DNA from: an uncultured Bacteroidales bacterium
GTDB taxonomy: Bacteria > Bacteroidota > Bacteroidia > Bacteroidales > UBA932
DNA length: 64,000 bases
NCBI GenBank assembly: GCA_902491795.1
Contig: CABUIX010000001.1
Span: forward strand, 24,054-88,053
Direction: 5' to 3'
Each line of letters starts with the position of its first letter. The first letter of the stretch is position 1. Shown here piece by piece: positions 18,070 through 26,401 of the stretch. Both the position numbers and the translations under genes were made by a program. Below the pieces are notes generated by a model, which had not been told where the DNA came from, made no database searches, and saw only the letters and a program-made list of their open reading frames with translations.

Positions 18070-21000
18070 TCAGAATTTTGTACTGTCTGGCATTGAAGCC
18101 TCAGACAGCGAGTCCAGTCCGGCCTTTTCTCCTGCAGACAGGGAATCGAGCTGCTGGTCGACTGCAGCCTTGTAGCCAAGCTCACGGCGGCGCTGCTCGA
18201 TATAGCGGTTTGTCCTGTTTTCGCGGATGGCATTGTCCACTCCGCGGCGGAAAATGTCCTGAATGGACTCCCGCAGGTTGATCCTCGTCTGGTCTATGAC
18301 ACTTGAGAATACAGGCACATCCGTGCTCTTGTATTTGGGCTTGCCTATGCGGAAACTGAAATCATCGAAATTTCCGGAAAGGTCTATGCCCACACGGAAA
18401 GGCAACGGCGACTCTATGACCGACACGTGGTACTTGAAGCTGGCGTCAAGATTCTGGACACCGCTCATCGCAAGTGTATACCGGTCGACCTTGAGCACAA
18501 AAGGAAAGACTTCTATGCGGTTGTCTGAAATGAGGCCCTCCACCGACATGTGGTCAATATGACCGCCAGTCTTGTCTTTGAACATCAATTTGCGGGCAAT
18601 TTCATTGAAGGCGGTACTCTCCGAAAGAGTCAGGTCATCGCCGCTTATGCGTATGATCCCGTTTATGCTCGGAGTCTCGATGGTCATCGTGGTATCCATG
18701 TCTGCAGTTGCCGAAACGGTGCAGTTGAGTCTGCCCCTGAACGACTTGAGCATGGACATTACGGAATCCACTGCAGGCATCATCTCAATGACCTTCTCCG
18801 CAGTGACATCCTTGAGCTGCAGATCAAAGCCGGTCTTGAGATCATGCTTTGTGCGTGTTGAATAAAAGCCTTCGAATTCAATGTTGCCGATATCGGAAGT
18901 TGCTGCGGTATTTGTGAGCTGAACGCAGCGTTCCATGACGGCTATATCTGTGGTCATGGAGTCAATTTTCAGATTCGAATACGTGACATTGGCAGCCTTC
19001 AGCCTCAATTCTGCAGATATGTTGCCAGGGACAACCAGAAGCTGCGAAGTCACTGTTTCAGCATTGTCCAACGTATCTATCACAACCATCTCCTGATAGG
19101 CTTCATCGTCAATGTCAAGAGAGGCAGCCGAAAGGTTCTCCGGCTCATATCCGGATCCCATCTGCCATGCCCCGAGAAGTTCATTGACATTGAGACTGTC
19201 GGACGACACATCAAGCTTGAGGCGAAGCATCCCCTGCCTGCCCAGGACCGAGCGCAACCCGCGCAGATCTCCCGAAGCGGAAAGTCCGGAGCGTCCGCTC
19301 GACAGCCTGAAACTGTCAAAACGTATTTCGTCGTTGCTGAAACTTGCCTTCACCTCTGACAGGCGGTTCCGCAGGGGGAAATAAGGGCTCACAATTCCGG
19401 CGCTGCCCAATGACAGGCTGCCGTTGAAATCCCACTCCCTGAGGTAACGGGTAACGGTATCTCCAAGGTTCAGGCGGATATCACGTTTGCGGAAATCCTC
19501 CTCACTGAGCCATTCGGGCACGGGACGCGACCCGCGGATTCTGCGGAAATGACTATACAGAGAATCCCTGGGAACATCAGGATATCTTCTCGCAAGCGAG
19601 TCCACAAAAGCTCTGCTGCGCCTTCTTCTCTGTATGGAATTCATTGCAGCAACAGCGTCAACATCAAGATTGCGGACAAAAACACGGTTTACCGGTCCGC
19701 GCAGGAACACGCCCTGATTCGAACTGTCAAGAGTCAGCACGGGCACATCGGGAGCGCCCTGCTTCGGGGATATCTTGAAAATGCTTCCGGAATTAGAGAG
19801 CGCCACGAAAGTGGTGTCAGCGCCGACCAATGAAAGGAAGCCGACGTCAAGCCTGCCGCCGAAAGGATAAAAGCGGGAGGAATCAGTCTTGTCAAGCACA
19901 GCCGCGGAATTCTGGGCCTTAAGGGACAAGTCCCTTCCGACAAGCCGCATCTTCCCTGTAACTGACATGTATACGCTGTCCACTGCCGCGGTCAGCGCCA
20001 GCATCCTTTCGCCCTGAGCAATGCTCGAATCCCTGGTGTTTCCCACGGCCCCGAGCCAGACGTCAATACTGTCCGCGGCGACACGAAGGCTGTCACTGGA
20101 CACACTCAAGCCGGAACTTCGGATCCTGCCGGAGATGTCAGCCTGCGCAAGCTGATATGGATCCAGTTGAGAAAGGCAGGCCTTGCCTTTCACGGAAGCC
20201 GAAAAGTCCCCGGACAAATCCATGCCGCTCCTGCGTTTCAGGTGCCCGGAGAGCGTGTCAAGACTTACCTCAAGCGACGCTTCGGCGTCAACAAGGGGAT
20301 CCTTGCCCAACAGGTCGGAAGCCGAACCGCGGAAATCGGCATGCAGGGCTTTTCCCCTAACATGGAAATCTTTCACCGTGACGTCTACTTTGCCTCCCTT
20401 CCCGTGGAGTTCTCCGTCAAGTGCAATCTCGTGCCTTATGTCAAGCATCTTGTTCCCGATTGATGACTGCGGAATTACCAGCCTTGCATCAATGTCCGGA
20501 ATCTCCCCCGAAGAAAGGTCCAGGAATCCGTCAAAATCCGCCGAAAGGCTGACCCGCGCATCAGTCTCCACATTTTTTGCCGCCGCCGGCAGATTGTCCC
20601 TGAAATAGCCGAGGACATCGTTGACACGGCAGTTGTCTATGGCAGCGTTTCCTCTTATATGCAGTTTGTCTCCGAAGCGCAGTTCGGCAGCACCTTTCAG
20701 AGGCAGGCCGGCGACATCAGCCTCCAGCCCGATAACATTGACGGTAAACACCGAATCCTTCGGGAAGCCGACTTCCGTCCTTATGTTTATCGGGATTCCC
20801 ATTCGCCCGTAATTGCGGGTTGCAAGCCATGCCGTCGCGTCCGCACTGAAATCCACATGCCCCTTGTGGGAAAGAATCCCCATACGGTCAAGCCGCAGCG
20901 CAAGAGTATCCGAACGCACGCGCCCGGCCAGCAGCATGCTGTCAACCGTGATGCCGCGGCGGGATCTTCCGGAACCGTCTTCGGAACGTCCCGGCACCAG

Positions 21001-21633
21001 TCTCCCGTTGAAACGCATCCGCCTGAAATCAGCCATCGCGAACAAGGTGTCGGCCGGAGAAGAATACACCACATGCGGATGCCCCCGAAGCACAATGCGT
21101 CCAAGAGCAAGCTTGAGAGGCGAAGCTGAACTGTCTGCAGGATCCTTGTCCGCCTTCCTGTCACCGGAAATGAAAATGTCCCAGTTGGTCCGGCCGTCCG
21201 GATAATTCTTCGCGAAGATTCGGGGCTTGTCGAGAGTCAGCAGCGGAATTCTCAATGTACCGAGCGCCAGCGCCGCTACATCCACGGATGCATGCATCCG
21301 CCTGATTGACGCCAAAGTGTCCACCTTCGGGCCACGCCCCTGCCGCATCATGTAATAGGTGCTGTCCTCTCCGGAATATCTGTCCGACGGGTACGTCAGG
21401 GTGAAGTCCGTGAAGCCCACATTCAGGTACGGGAAACTGCGGAACACCGAAAGCCGGACCTCGCCGAAATTCACGTCCGCATCAACATGTTTGCCTGCCA
21501 GATTGTTGGCAATCCTCGTGAGGACTGCAGGACTGAGGGCCGCCTGCGCAGCAATCAGCAGCACGGCCCAGATTCCTGCCACCCAAAGCAGAACCTTCCA
21601 GACCGTCTTCAATTTTTTCTTCTGTCCGCCCAT
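18070..21633 (-). CDS. AsmA/TamB-family large envelope protein (N-terminal membrane anchor, long beta-rich body)
   Basis: I place the start at the ATG at 21633 (MGGQKKKLKTVWKVLLWVAGIWAVLLIAAQAAL is a TM anchor), because the longer ORF runs into tRNA-His. The N-terminal region (VLTRIANNLAGKHVDADVNFGEVRLSVFRSFPYLNVGFTDFTL) is typical of AsmA/TamB proteins. Length is 1187 aa. Confidence 0.55.
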   Translation of the reverse strand: MGGQKKKLKTVWKVLLWVAGIWAVLLIAAQAALSPAVLTRIANNLAGKHVDADVNFGEVRLSVFRSFPYLNVGFTDFTLTYPSDRYSGEDSTYYMMRQGRGPKVDTLASIRRMHASVDVAALALGTLRIPLLTLDKPRIFAKNYPDGRTNWDIFISGDRKADKDPADSSASPLKLALGRIVLRGHPHVVYSSPADTLFAMADFRRMRFNGRLVPGRSEDGSGRSRRGITVDSMLLAGRVRSDTLALRLDRMGILSHKGHVDFSADATAWLATRNYGRMGIPINIRTEVGFPKDSVFTVNVIGLEADVAGLPLKGAAELRFGDKLHIRGNAAIDNCRVNDVLGYFRDNLPAAAKNVETDARVSLSADFDGFLDLSSGEIPDIDARLVIPQSSIGNKMLDIRHEIALDGELHGKGGKVDVTVKDFHVRGKALHADFRGSASDLLGKDPLVDAEASLEVSLDTLSGHLKRRSGMDLSGDFSASVKGKACLSQLDPYQLAQADISGRIRSSGLSVSSDSLRVAADSIDVWLGAVGNTRDSSIAQGERMLALTAAVDSVYMSVTGKMRLVGRDLSLKAQNSAAVLDKTDSSRFYPFGGRLDVGFLSLVGADTTFVALSNSGSIFKISPKQGAPDVPVLTLDSSNQGVFLRGPVNRVFVRNLDVDAVAAMNSIQRRRRSRAFVDSLARRYPDVPRDSLYSHFRRIRGSRPVPEWLSEEDFRKRDIRLNLGDTVTRYLREWDFNGSLSLGSAGIVSPYFPLRNRLSEVKASFSNDEIRFDSFRLSSGRSGLSASGDLRGLRSVLGRQGMLRLKLDVSSDSLNVNELLGAWQMGSGYEPENLSAASLDIDDEAYQEMVVIDTLDNAETVTSQLLVVPGNISAELRLKAANVTYSNLKIDSMTTDIAVMERCVQLTNTAATSDIGNIEFEGFYSTRTKHDLKTGFDLQLKDVTAEKVIEMMPAVDSVMSMLKSFRGRLNCTVSATADMDTTMTIETPSINGIIRISGDDLTLSESTAFNEIARKLMFKDKTGGHIDHMSVEGLISDNRIEVFPFVLKVDRYTLAMSGVQNLDASFKYHVSVIESPLPFRVGIDLSGNFDDFSFRIGKPKYKSTDVPVFSSVIDQTRINLRESIQDIFRRGVDNAIRENRTNRYIEQRRRELGYKAAVDQQLDSLSAGEKAGLDSLSEASMPDSTKF

Positions 21634-21721
21634 CGTGATTGAATTTGCCGGAAAAGAATGCCGGATCTTACGCTGAATCGTAAATATAACAAAATGCAGC
21701 AAAAAAGGAAACCTCCGGCCC

Positions 21722-21760
21722 GATACAAAAAATTGTTCCGGCCCATCAGGACCGGAACAA
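21722..21760 (-). terminator. Rho-independent terminator downstream of tRNA-His
   Basis: On the minus strand, ttgttccggtcctgatgggccggaacaa (a 9-bp outer stem plus inner pairs) is followed by tttttt. Confidence 0.7.
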
Positions 21761-21767
21761 ACCAAGG

Positions 21768-21844
21768 TGGGGTGCGATGTGGGGCTCGAACCCACGACAC
21801 CTAGAACCACAATCTAGTGCTCTACCAACTGAACTAATCGCACC
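21768..21844 (-). tRNA. tRNA-His (anticodon GTG) with genomically encoded G-1 and 3' CCA
   Basis: Minus strand reads G-GTGCGAT-TA-GTTC-AGTTGGTA-GAGC-A-CTAGA-TTGTGGT-TCTAG-GTGTC-GTGGG-TTCGAGC-CCCAC-ATCGCAC-C-CCA. This is a full cloverleaf with a 7-bp acceptor, a GTG anticodon in a 7-nt loop and a TTCGAGC T-loop. The extra 5' G opposite C73 is the His identity element. Confidence 0.93.
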
Positions 21845-21910
21845 ATTTCAGCGGACTGCAAAGATACGAAGAAATTTCTTCCGTGCAAGTCTTATCTCAT
21901 ATTTTTATGC

Positions 21911-21918
21911 TATCTTTG
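21911..21918 (+). promoter_or_regulatory. Bacteroidetes-type -7 promoter box
   Basis: TATCTTTG is an exact TAnnTTTG match, 32 nt upstream of the ATG at 21950. Confidence 0.5.
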
Positions 21919-21949
21919 TGCGATTTCGCACACATTAAAGCATAAAGAT

Positions 21950-23731
21950 ATGGCAAAAGAAATAAAGTTCTCACTCGTCTACAGGGACATGTGGCAATCT
22001 TCCGGCAAATACCAGCCGAGAGTTGACCAACTGGTCAGGGTTGCACCGGCGATCATTGACATGGGATGCTTCGACCGCGTAGAGACCAACGGCGGCGCAT
22101 TCGAGCAGGTGAACCTCCTTTATGGCGAGAATCCCAACATTTCAGTCCGCAAATGGACTGCCCCCTTCCACAAGGTCGGCATTCAGACCCACATGCTCGA
22201 AAGAGGCCTTAATGCACTGCGGATGAACCCGGTTCCTGCTGATGTGCGAGAGCTGATGTTCAAGGTCAAGAAGGCGCAGGGCACAGACATAGCCAGGTCT
22301 TTCTGCGGACTGAATGACCACCGCAACCTCAAACTCTCCATTGAGTATGCGAAAAAGGCCGGAATGATTTCCCAGGCCGCCCTCTCAATAACCCACTCCC
22401 CCGTGCACACGGTGGAATACTACCTCGGCGTGGTTGATCATCTGGTGGAGTACGGTGCCGACGAGATATGCCTCAAGGACATGGCAGGAGTAGGCCGCCC
22501 GACATTCCTCGCAGAACTTACAAGGGACATTAAGAAAAAATATCCTGACATCAAGATCCAGTACCACGGACACTGCGGGCCCGGATTCTCTCCGGCATCA
22601 ATGCTTGAGGTGGCCCGTGCCGGCGCCGACTACATCGACGTTGCAGTGGAGCCTCTCGCCTGGGGCAAGGTTCACCCTGACGTGATCACCATCCAGCAGA
22701 TGCTGCGCGCAGACGGCTTCCTCGTCAAGGACATCAACATGGACGCATATATGGAAGTGCGCCGCCTCACGCAGGAATTCATCGACGACTTCCTCGGATA
22801 CTGGATCAACCCCAGCAATGCTGTCATGACCTCTCTTCTGGTAGGCTGTGGCCTCCCCGGAGGAATGATGGGATCGATGATGGCTGACCTCAAGGGATTC
22901 AAGGCCGCAATAAATGCCTCCGAGCGTGCCAACGGCAAGCCTGAGAGTTCTCTTGACACCCTGATGGTAAGGCTCTTCAACGAGGTTGAATATGTATGGC
23001 CGAGACTCGGATATCCCCCTCTCGTGACCCCCTTCAGCCAGTATGTCAAGAACACGGCCCTTATGAACCTGCTCGCAATGAGCCAGAACAAGCCGCGCTT
23101 CAGCACCATCGACAAGGACACCTGGAACATGATTCTTGGCAAGATGGGCAAACTGCCCGGCAAGCTCGCACCCGAAATCGTCCAGCTTGCGAAGGAGAAG
23201 GGAATGGAATTCTTCGACGGCAATCCCCAGGACGAATATCCGAACGAACTTCCGAAGTTCCGCCAGATGATGAAGGACGAAGGCTGGGACTGCGGCCAGG
23301 ACGACGAGGAGCTGTTCGAACTTGCAATGCACGAGAGACAGTACAGGGACTACAAGAGCGGTATAGCCAAGGAGAGGTTCAACAAGGAGCTCGCCGACCT
23401 CAAGGCAAAAGCCGGTGCACCGATAATCATCAAGCGCCCCGTTGTGGAGATGCCCGAGTTCGACATCGAGAAGTATGTCGAGAAATATCCCAAGGCAACT
23501 CCCCTGCAGGCTCCCGCAAAAGGCAAGATGCTATGGCAGATCGATGTCGTTGACGATTCAAAGGCACCGGTAGCCGGAACCGCCGTAAAGGCAGGAAAAG
23601 CCTGCGGATATGTCCAGACATATTATGGAATGGAAGAGATCATCCCCGCGGTTAACGGACGCATTGTAGCCGTGACCGCGCCACAGGGAAAGGATGTCGC
23701 CAAGGGCGAGATTGTCGCTTTCGTGGAGTAA
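21950..23731 (+). CDS. Pyruvate/oxaloacetate carboxyltransferase (OadA / PycB / transcarboxylase 5S-like) with a C-terminal biotinyl-like domain lacking the canonical MKM lysine
   Basis: HMGL-like TIM-barrel signatures: VYRDMWQS (RDxxQS), CLKDMAGVG (the carbamylated-Lys motif KDMAG) and IQYHGHCGPG (HxH metal ligands). A PYC_OADA-like middle region follows. The C-terminal hammerhead-like domain is (V)AGTAVKAGKACGYVQTYYGMEEIIPAVNGRIVAVTAPQGKDVAKGEIVAFVE. Confidence 0.7.
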   Translation: MAKEIKFSLVYRDMWQSSGKYQPRVDQLVRVAPAIIDMGCFDRVETNGGAFEQVNLLYGENPNISVRKWTAPFHKVGIQTHMLERGLNALRMNPVPADVRELMFKVKKAQGTDIARSFCGLNDHRNLKLSIEYAKKAGMISQAALSITHSPVHTVEYYLGVVDHLVEYGADEICLKDMAGVGRPTFLAELTRDIKKKYPDIKIQYHGHCGPGFSPASMLEVARAGADYIDVAVEPLAWGKVHPDVITIQQMLRADGFLVKDINMDAYMEVRRLTQEFIDDFLGYWINPSNAVMTSLLVGCGLPGGMMGSMMADLKGFKAAINASERANGKPESSLDTLMVRLFNEVEYVWPRLGYPPLVTPFSQYVKNTALMNLLAMSQNKPRFSTIDKDTWNMILGKMGKLPGKLAPEIVQLAKEKGMEFFDGNPQDEYPNELPKFRQMMKDEGWDCGQDDEELFELAMHERQYRDYKSGIAKERFNKELADLKAKAGAPIIIKRPVVEMPEFDIEKYVEKYPKATPLQAPAKGKMLWQIDVVDDSKAPVAGTAVKAGKACGYVQTYYGMEEIIPAVNGRIVAVTAPQGKDVAKGEIVAFVE

Positions 23732-23757
23732 GCACGTTTTCACAAGAGCATATTGCT

Positions 23758-23796
23758 GCAGGCCGCTGTCAACAATGACAGCGGCCTGCTTTTTTT
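23758..23796 (+). terminator. Strong rho-independent terminator
   Basis: gcaggccgctgtca-acaa-tgacagcggcctgc is a perfect 14-bp stem followed by a T7 run (23790-23796). Confidence 0.9.
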
Positions 23797-24013
23797 GCAA
23801 TAACGTAATATTCAGCGACTAATAAAAAATTTTATTTTGAATTATTCATAATTATACCTATCTTGCGCGACGCTGGCAGGCAAAATGAATTTCATCAATT
23901 CTGCAGAATCTTCTTTCTGCTTCGGGTTGGTGCGCTTTTCTTGCACGCCGGTCACATTTTAATGACACTACAAACCTGATGAAAGACCATTAGGTCCACT
24001 GCACGAATTGGCA

Positions 24014-24562
24014 ATGAACCGCAAGATACTCCACATAACACTGATAATACTGTCGGCGATTTCTGCCGGACACAAGGCGAAAGCCCAACTGCCTGACCAC
24101 GACAACTATGATTCGGGGTGGTCAGCACCATTTTACCTCAGACTCGAGAGTTCCGAGAAACACGAAGCTGATTTCCATGTCAATTTCCGGCAGAACGATT
24201 CTCTCATTCTGCCTGGCTATATGGGCACAGGCGAAAATCTCAAGGCGCTTGCAGACTCAATAGCGGCAATCCGTATCGGAGACAGGACAATCGACAGCCT
24301 GTACGTGTTTTCGTATTCTTCTCCTGAAGGCAACTACAATTATAACGTCGCCCTTTCCGGACGCCGTGCCGCCGCAATGCGCCGTTACCTTGAGACTGAA
24401 TATCCGGATCTTGTGGAAGTGATGTCCGCTACCCCGGACGGCGAGTCATGGCAGATGTTCAGGCAAAGGGCTCTCTCGGACAGCACCATAAGCAGCGAAC
24501 AAAGAGAAAGGCTGCTCTCGATAATTGATTCCGACAACAGTTTCGAGACAAAAAAGCCTTGA
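24014..24562 (+). CDS. Secreted OmpA-like-motif protein at the head of the pilus locus; probably the N-terminal part of a gene split by a frameshift
   Basis: Signal peptide MNRKILHITLIILSAISAGHKAKAQ. OmpA-C-like motif YSSPEGNYNYNVALSGRRAAAMRRYLE. The frame stops at 24560-24562, right after an A6 run (24550-24555). The next ORF's frame is already open from 24529. Confidence 0.5.
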   Translation: MNRKILHITLIILSAISAGHKAKAQLPDHDNYDSGWSAPFYLRLESSEKHEADFHVNFRQNDSLILPGYMGTGENLKALADSIAAIRIGDRTIDSLYVFSYSSPEGNYNYNVALSGRRAAAMRRYLETEYPDLVEVMSATPDGESWQMFRQRALSDSTISSEQRERLLSIIDSDNSFETKKP

Positions 24563-25302
24563 TAAAAGAGTGGGACCGCGCCTTGTGGAACAGGATTGTC
24601 CGGGAATGGTTCAGGGACATGCGCCGCTCCTTCATCCGTCTGGAGTGGACTGAAAATGTCTATGCCAAAGAATACTTCATCGGACGTCCGGCAGAATTGA
24701 CGGCAAAAGCATATACGACAATGAACCCCTTGTCGCGTCCGCCTGGAGAGATTGTCCTCGAAAGGACCATACTCGCCCTAAAGACCATCCTTCTCTACGA
24801 TGCAATGACCATGCTCAACGCAGAAGTCGAAGTCCCGGTCGGCAACAGCTTCTCCATAATGGTTGAAGATGTCTTCCCATGGTGGACCTTCGGTCCGAAC
24901 AGGAACAAATACAGTCTCGAAATGTGGGAGATGGGAATCGAACCGAGATGGTGGTTCCGCCGCAACGACAGGCGCGACCGACTATCCGGACATTTCATAG
25001 GTCCCTATGTCATGAGCGCAAGGTATGACTTCCAGTGGGACAGGGACCTGAACTACCAGGGTGAATACTGGTCAGCTGGTCTCAGTTACGGATACGCAAT
25101 GCCCATAGGGAATATTTTCAATCTCGAGTTTTCCGTCTCAGTTGGCTACGTCAATGCCGACTACAGGCATTATCAGCCTGACTACGACTATTCGCAGCTC
25201 TATCGTGACCCGTTCAGGACAGGCACCCTGTCTTATTTCGGGCCAACAAAACTGAAGGTATCCCTGGTACTTCCCATAAAAATCAAATACACCCGCAGAT
25301 GA
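24559..25302 (+). CDS. Beta-barrel-like (DUF3575-like) region without its own signal peptide or ATG; probably the C-terminal part of the preceding gene
   Basis: The ORF track starts it at a TTG. There is no signal peptide. Alternating aromatic/polar beta-strand patterns are present (GHFIGPYVMSARYDFQW, YWSAGLSYGYAMPIGNIFNLEFSVSVGYVNADY). Its stop is ATGA-coupled to the next gene. Confidence 0.45.
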   Translation: MIKEWDRALWNRIVREWFRDMRRSFIRLEWTENVYAKEYFIGRPAELTAKAYTTMNPLSRPPGEIVLERTILALKTILLYDAMTMLNAEVEVPVGNSFSIMVEDVFPWWTFGPNRNKYSLEMWEMGIEPRWWFRRNDRRDRLSGHFIGPYVMSARYDFQWDRDLNYQGEYWSAGLSYGYAMPIGNIFNLEFSVSVGYVNADYRHYQPDYDYSQLYRDPFRTGTLSYFGPTKLKVSLVLPIKIKYTRR

Positions 25303-26366
25303 CGACCTCAAGAACATGCCGCGGCAGGATTTTCAGTCTGCCGAAATGCCGCCGGTCCAGTCTGTCCTGGTCCGCCGTCTGCCTGTTTGCCGTGACACTG
25401 CTGCTTTCGGGCTGCCAGCTCAGGCCGCTTGTGGATCCGGAATTCGGGACCATGATCAAAATACGCATCAATACCGACGGGATACGCAACGTGACAAGCG
25501 ACATTTACAACGAAGCCATTCCTGTCCCCGAAATCGATCCTGGCGTCATGCACGTGCTCTTCTACGACACCGGGACCAACTCGCTGATTTCGGAGTCTTT
25601 CGTGAGCGAGAAGTCCACCGACGGGGACGGATACACTACAATATCCGGACGCGTCTCACTGGTGCCGGGCACCTACCATATAGTCAGCTACGACTTCGGA
25701 ACGGAATCAACGATTGTAGACGGCCACGAAAGTTTCGACCTGCTGCACGCGACTTCCGGATCCGTGTCCGAGACTGAACTTGCCTCATACTCATCCAAGG
25801 CACAGGACGGCAGCATCGTATATACCCCCGACCACCTGGTGGTATCGACAGACCGAGAGTACGAAATTCCCTACCATAACGGCATCCATATGATAGAGAC
25901 CGAAGCCTCGACGATAGTGGAGACATATTATCTGCAGATCAAGGTGGACGGGCTCGAATATGTCTCAAGTGCACGGGCATTCCTGTCCGGAATGTCGGGA
26001 AGCAGCAGCACGGCATCCGGAGACGCCGTCGACCAGGAGGGGTCCACGATATACTTCACACTCCAGAAAAGCGAAGACAACGGAGTTCCCGTTATCTGCA
26101 ACATATTTAACTGCTTCGGAAGGATTCCGGATGCCGAGAACGACTTGAGCGTAACATTCGACATACGAACCTCAGACGGCAGGACCGTGACCCGCGAATT
26201 TGACATAACTGACCTTTTCGAGAGTGAGGACTGCATCAACCACAACTGGCTGCTGCTTGAGGAAACTATCACCATAGACCCTCCTCAGACCACACCGGGG
26301 ACAGGAGGCGGCTTCGACCCTGAAGTCGGAGACTGGGAGGACGAAAACCACGAAATCGAGATATAG
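25299..26366 (+). CDS. Lipoprotein, FimB/Mfa2-type (DUF5119-like) pilus anchor candidate
   Basis: Long basic n-region followed by the lipobox LLLSGC. It sits directly before the fimbrillin genes. Layout resembles DUF5119/Mfa2-like proteins as I recall them (..YHIVSYDFGTE.., TPDHLVVS, AFLSGMSGS, FNCFGRIP). Confidence 0.45.
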   Translation: MTTSRTCRGRIFSLPKCRRSSLSWSAVCLFAVTLLLSGCQLRPLVDPEFGTMIKIRINTDGIRNVTSDIYNEAIPVPEIDPGVMHVLFYDTGTNSLISESFVSEKSTDGDGYTTISGRVSLVPGTYHIVSYDFGTESTIVDGHESFDLLHATSGSVSETELASYSSKAQDGSIVYTPDHLVVSTDREYEIPYHNGIHMIETEASTIVETYYLQIKVDGLEYVSSARAFLSGMSGSSSTASGDAVDQEGSTIYFTLQKSEDNGVPVICNIFNCFGRIPDAENDLSVTFDIRTSDGRTVTREFDITDLFESEDCINHNWLLLEETITIDPPQTTPGTGGGFDPEVGDWEDENHEIEI

Positions 26367-26401
26367 AAATTCCTATTCAAAAACTTTACAACAAAACATT
26401 T

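Noticed and set aside
21634-21810. N-terminal 59-aa extension of ORF 18070-21810
   Set aside because: The extension runs through the tRNA-His terminator and into the tRNA gene itself (21768-21844). The ATG at 21633 is followed directly by a basic stretch and a TM helix typical of AsmA/TamB N-termini, so I used the shorter start.
22598-23332. Long antisense ORFs inside well-supported genes: 22598-23332, 43071-43736, 46317-47015, 48191-48883, 49285-50022, 50688-51467, 57715-58422, 18070-region plus-strand ORFs and others
   Set aside because: Each lies fully within and opposite a gene with strong family signatures. They lack motifs, and their His/Arg/Gly/Val-rich compositions are typical of the reverse frame of moderately GC-rich coding DNA.
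23797-24013. Possible invertible promoter (fimbrial phase switch) upstream of the pilus locus
   Set aside because: I looked for flanking inverted repeats of at least 15 bp. I found only a 12-bp palindrome, ATTCTGCAGAAT (23899-23910), and short 4-bp stems. No recombinase gene is adjacent. I could not even place an exact TAnnTTTG box; the closest are TATTTTG-type and TATCTTGC. The evidence is insufficient.
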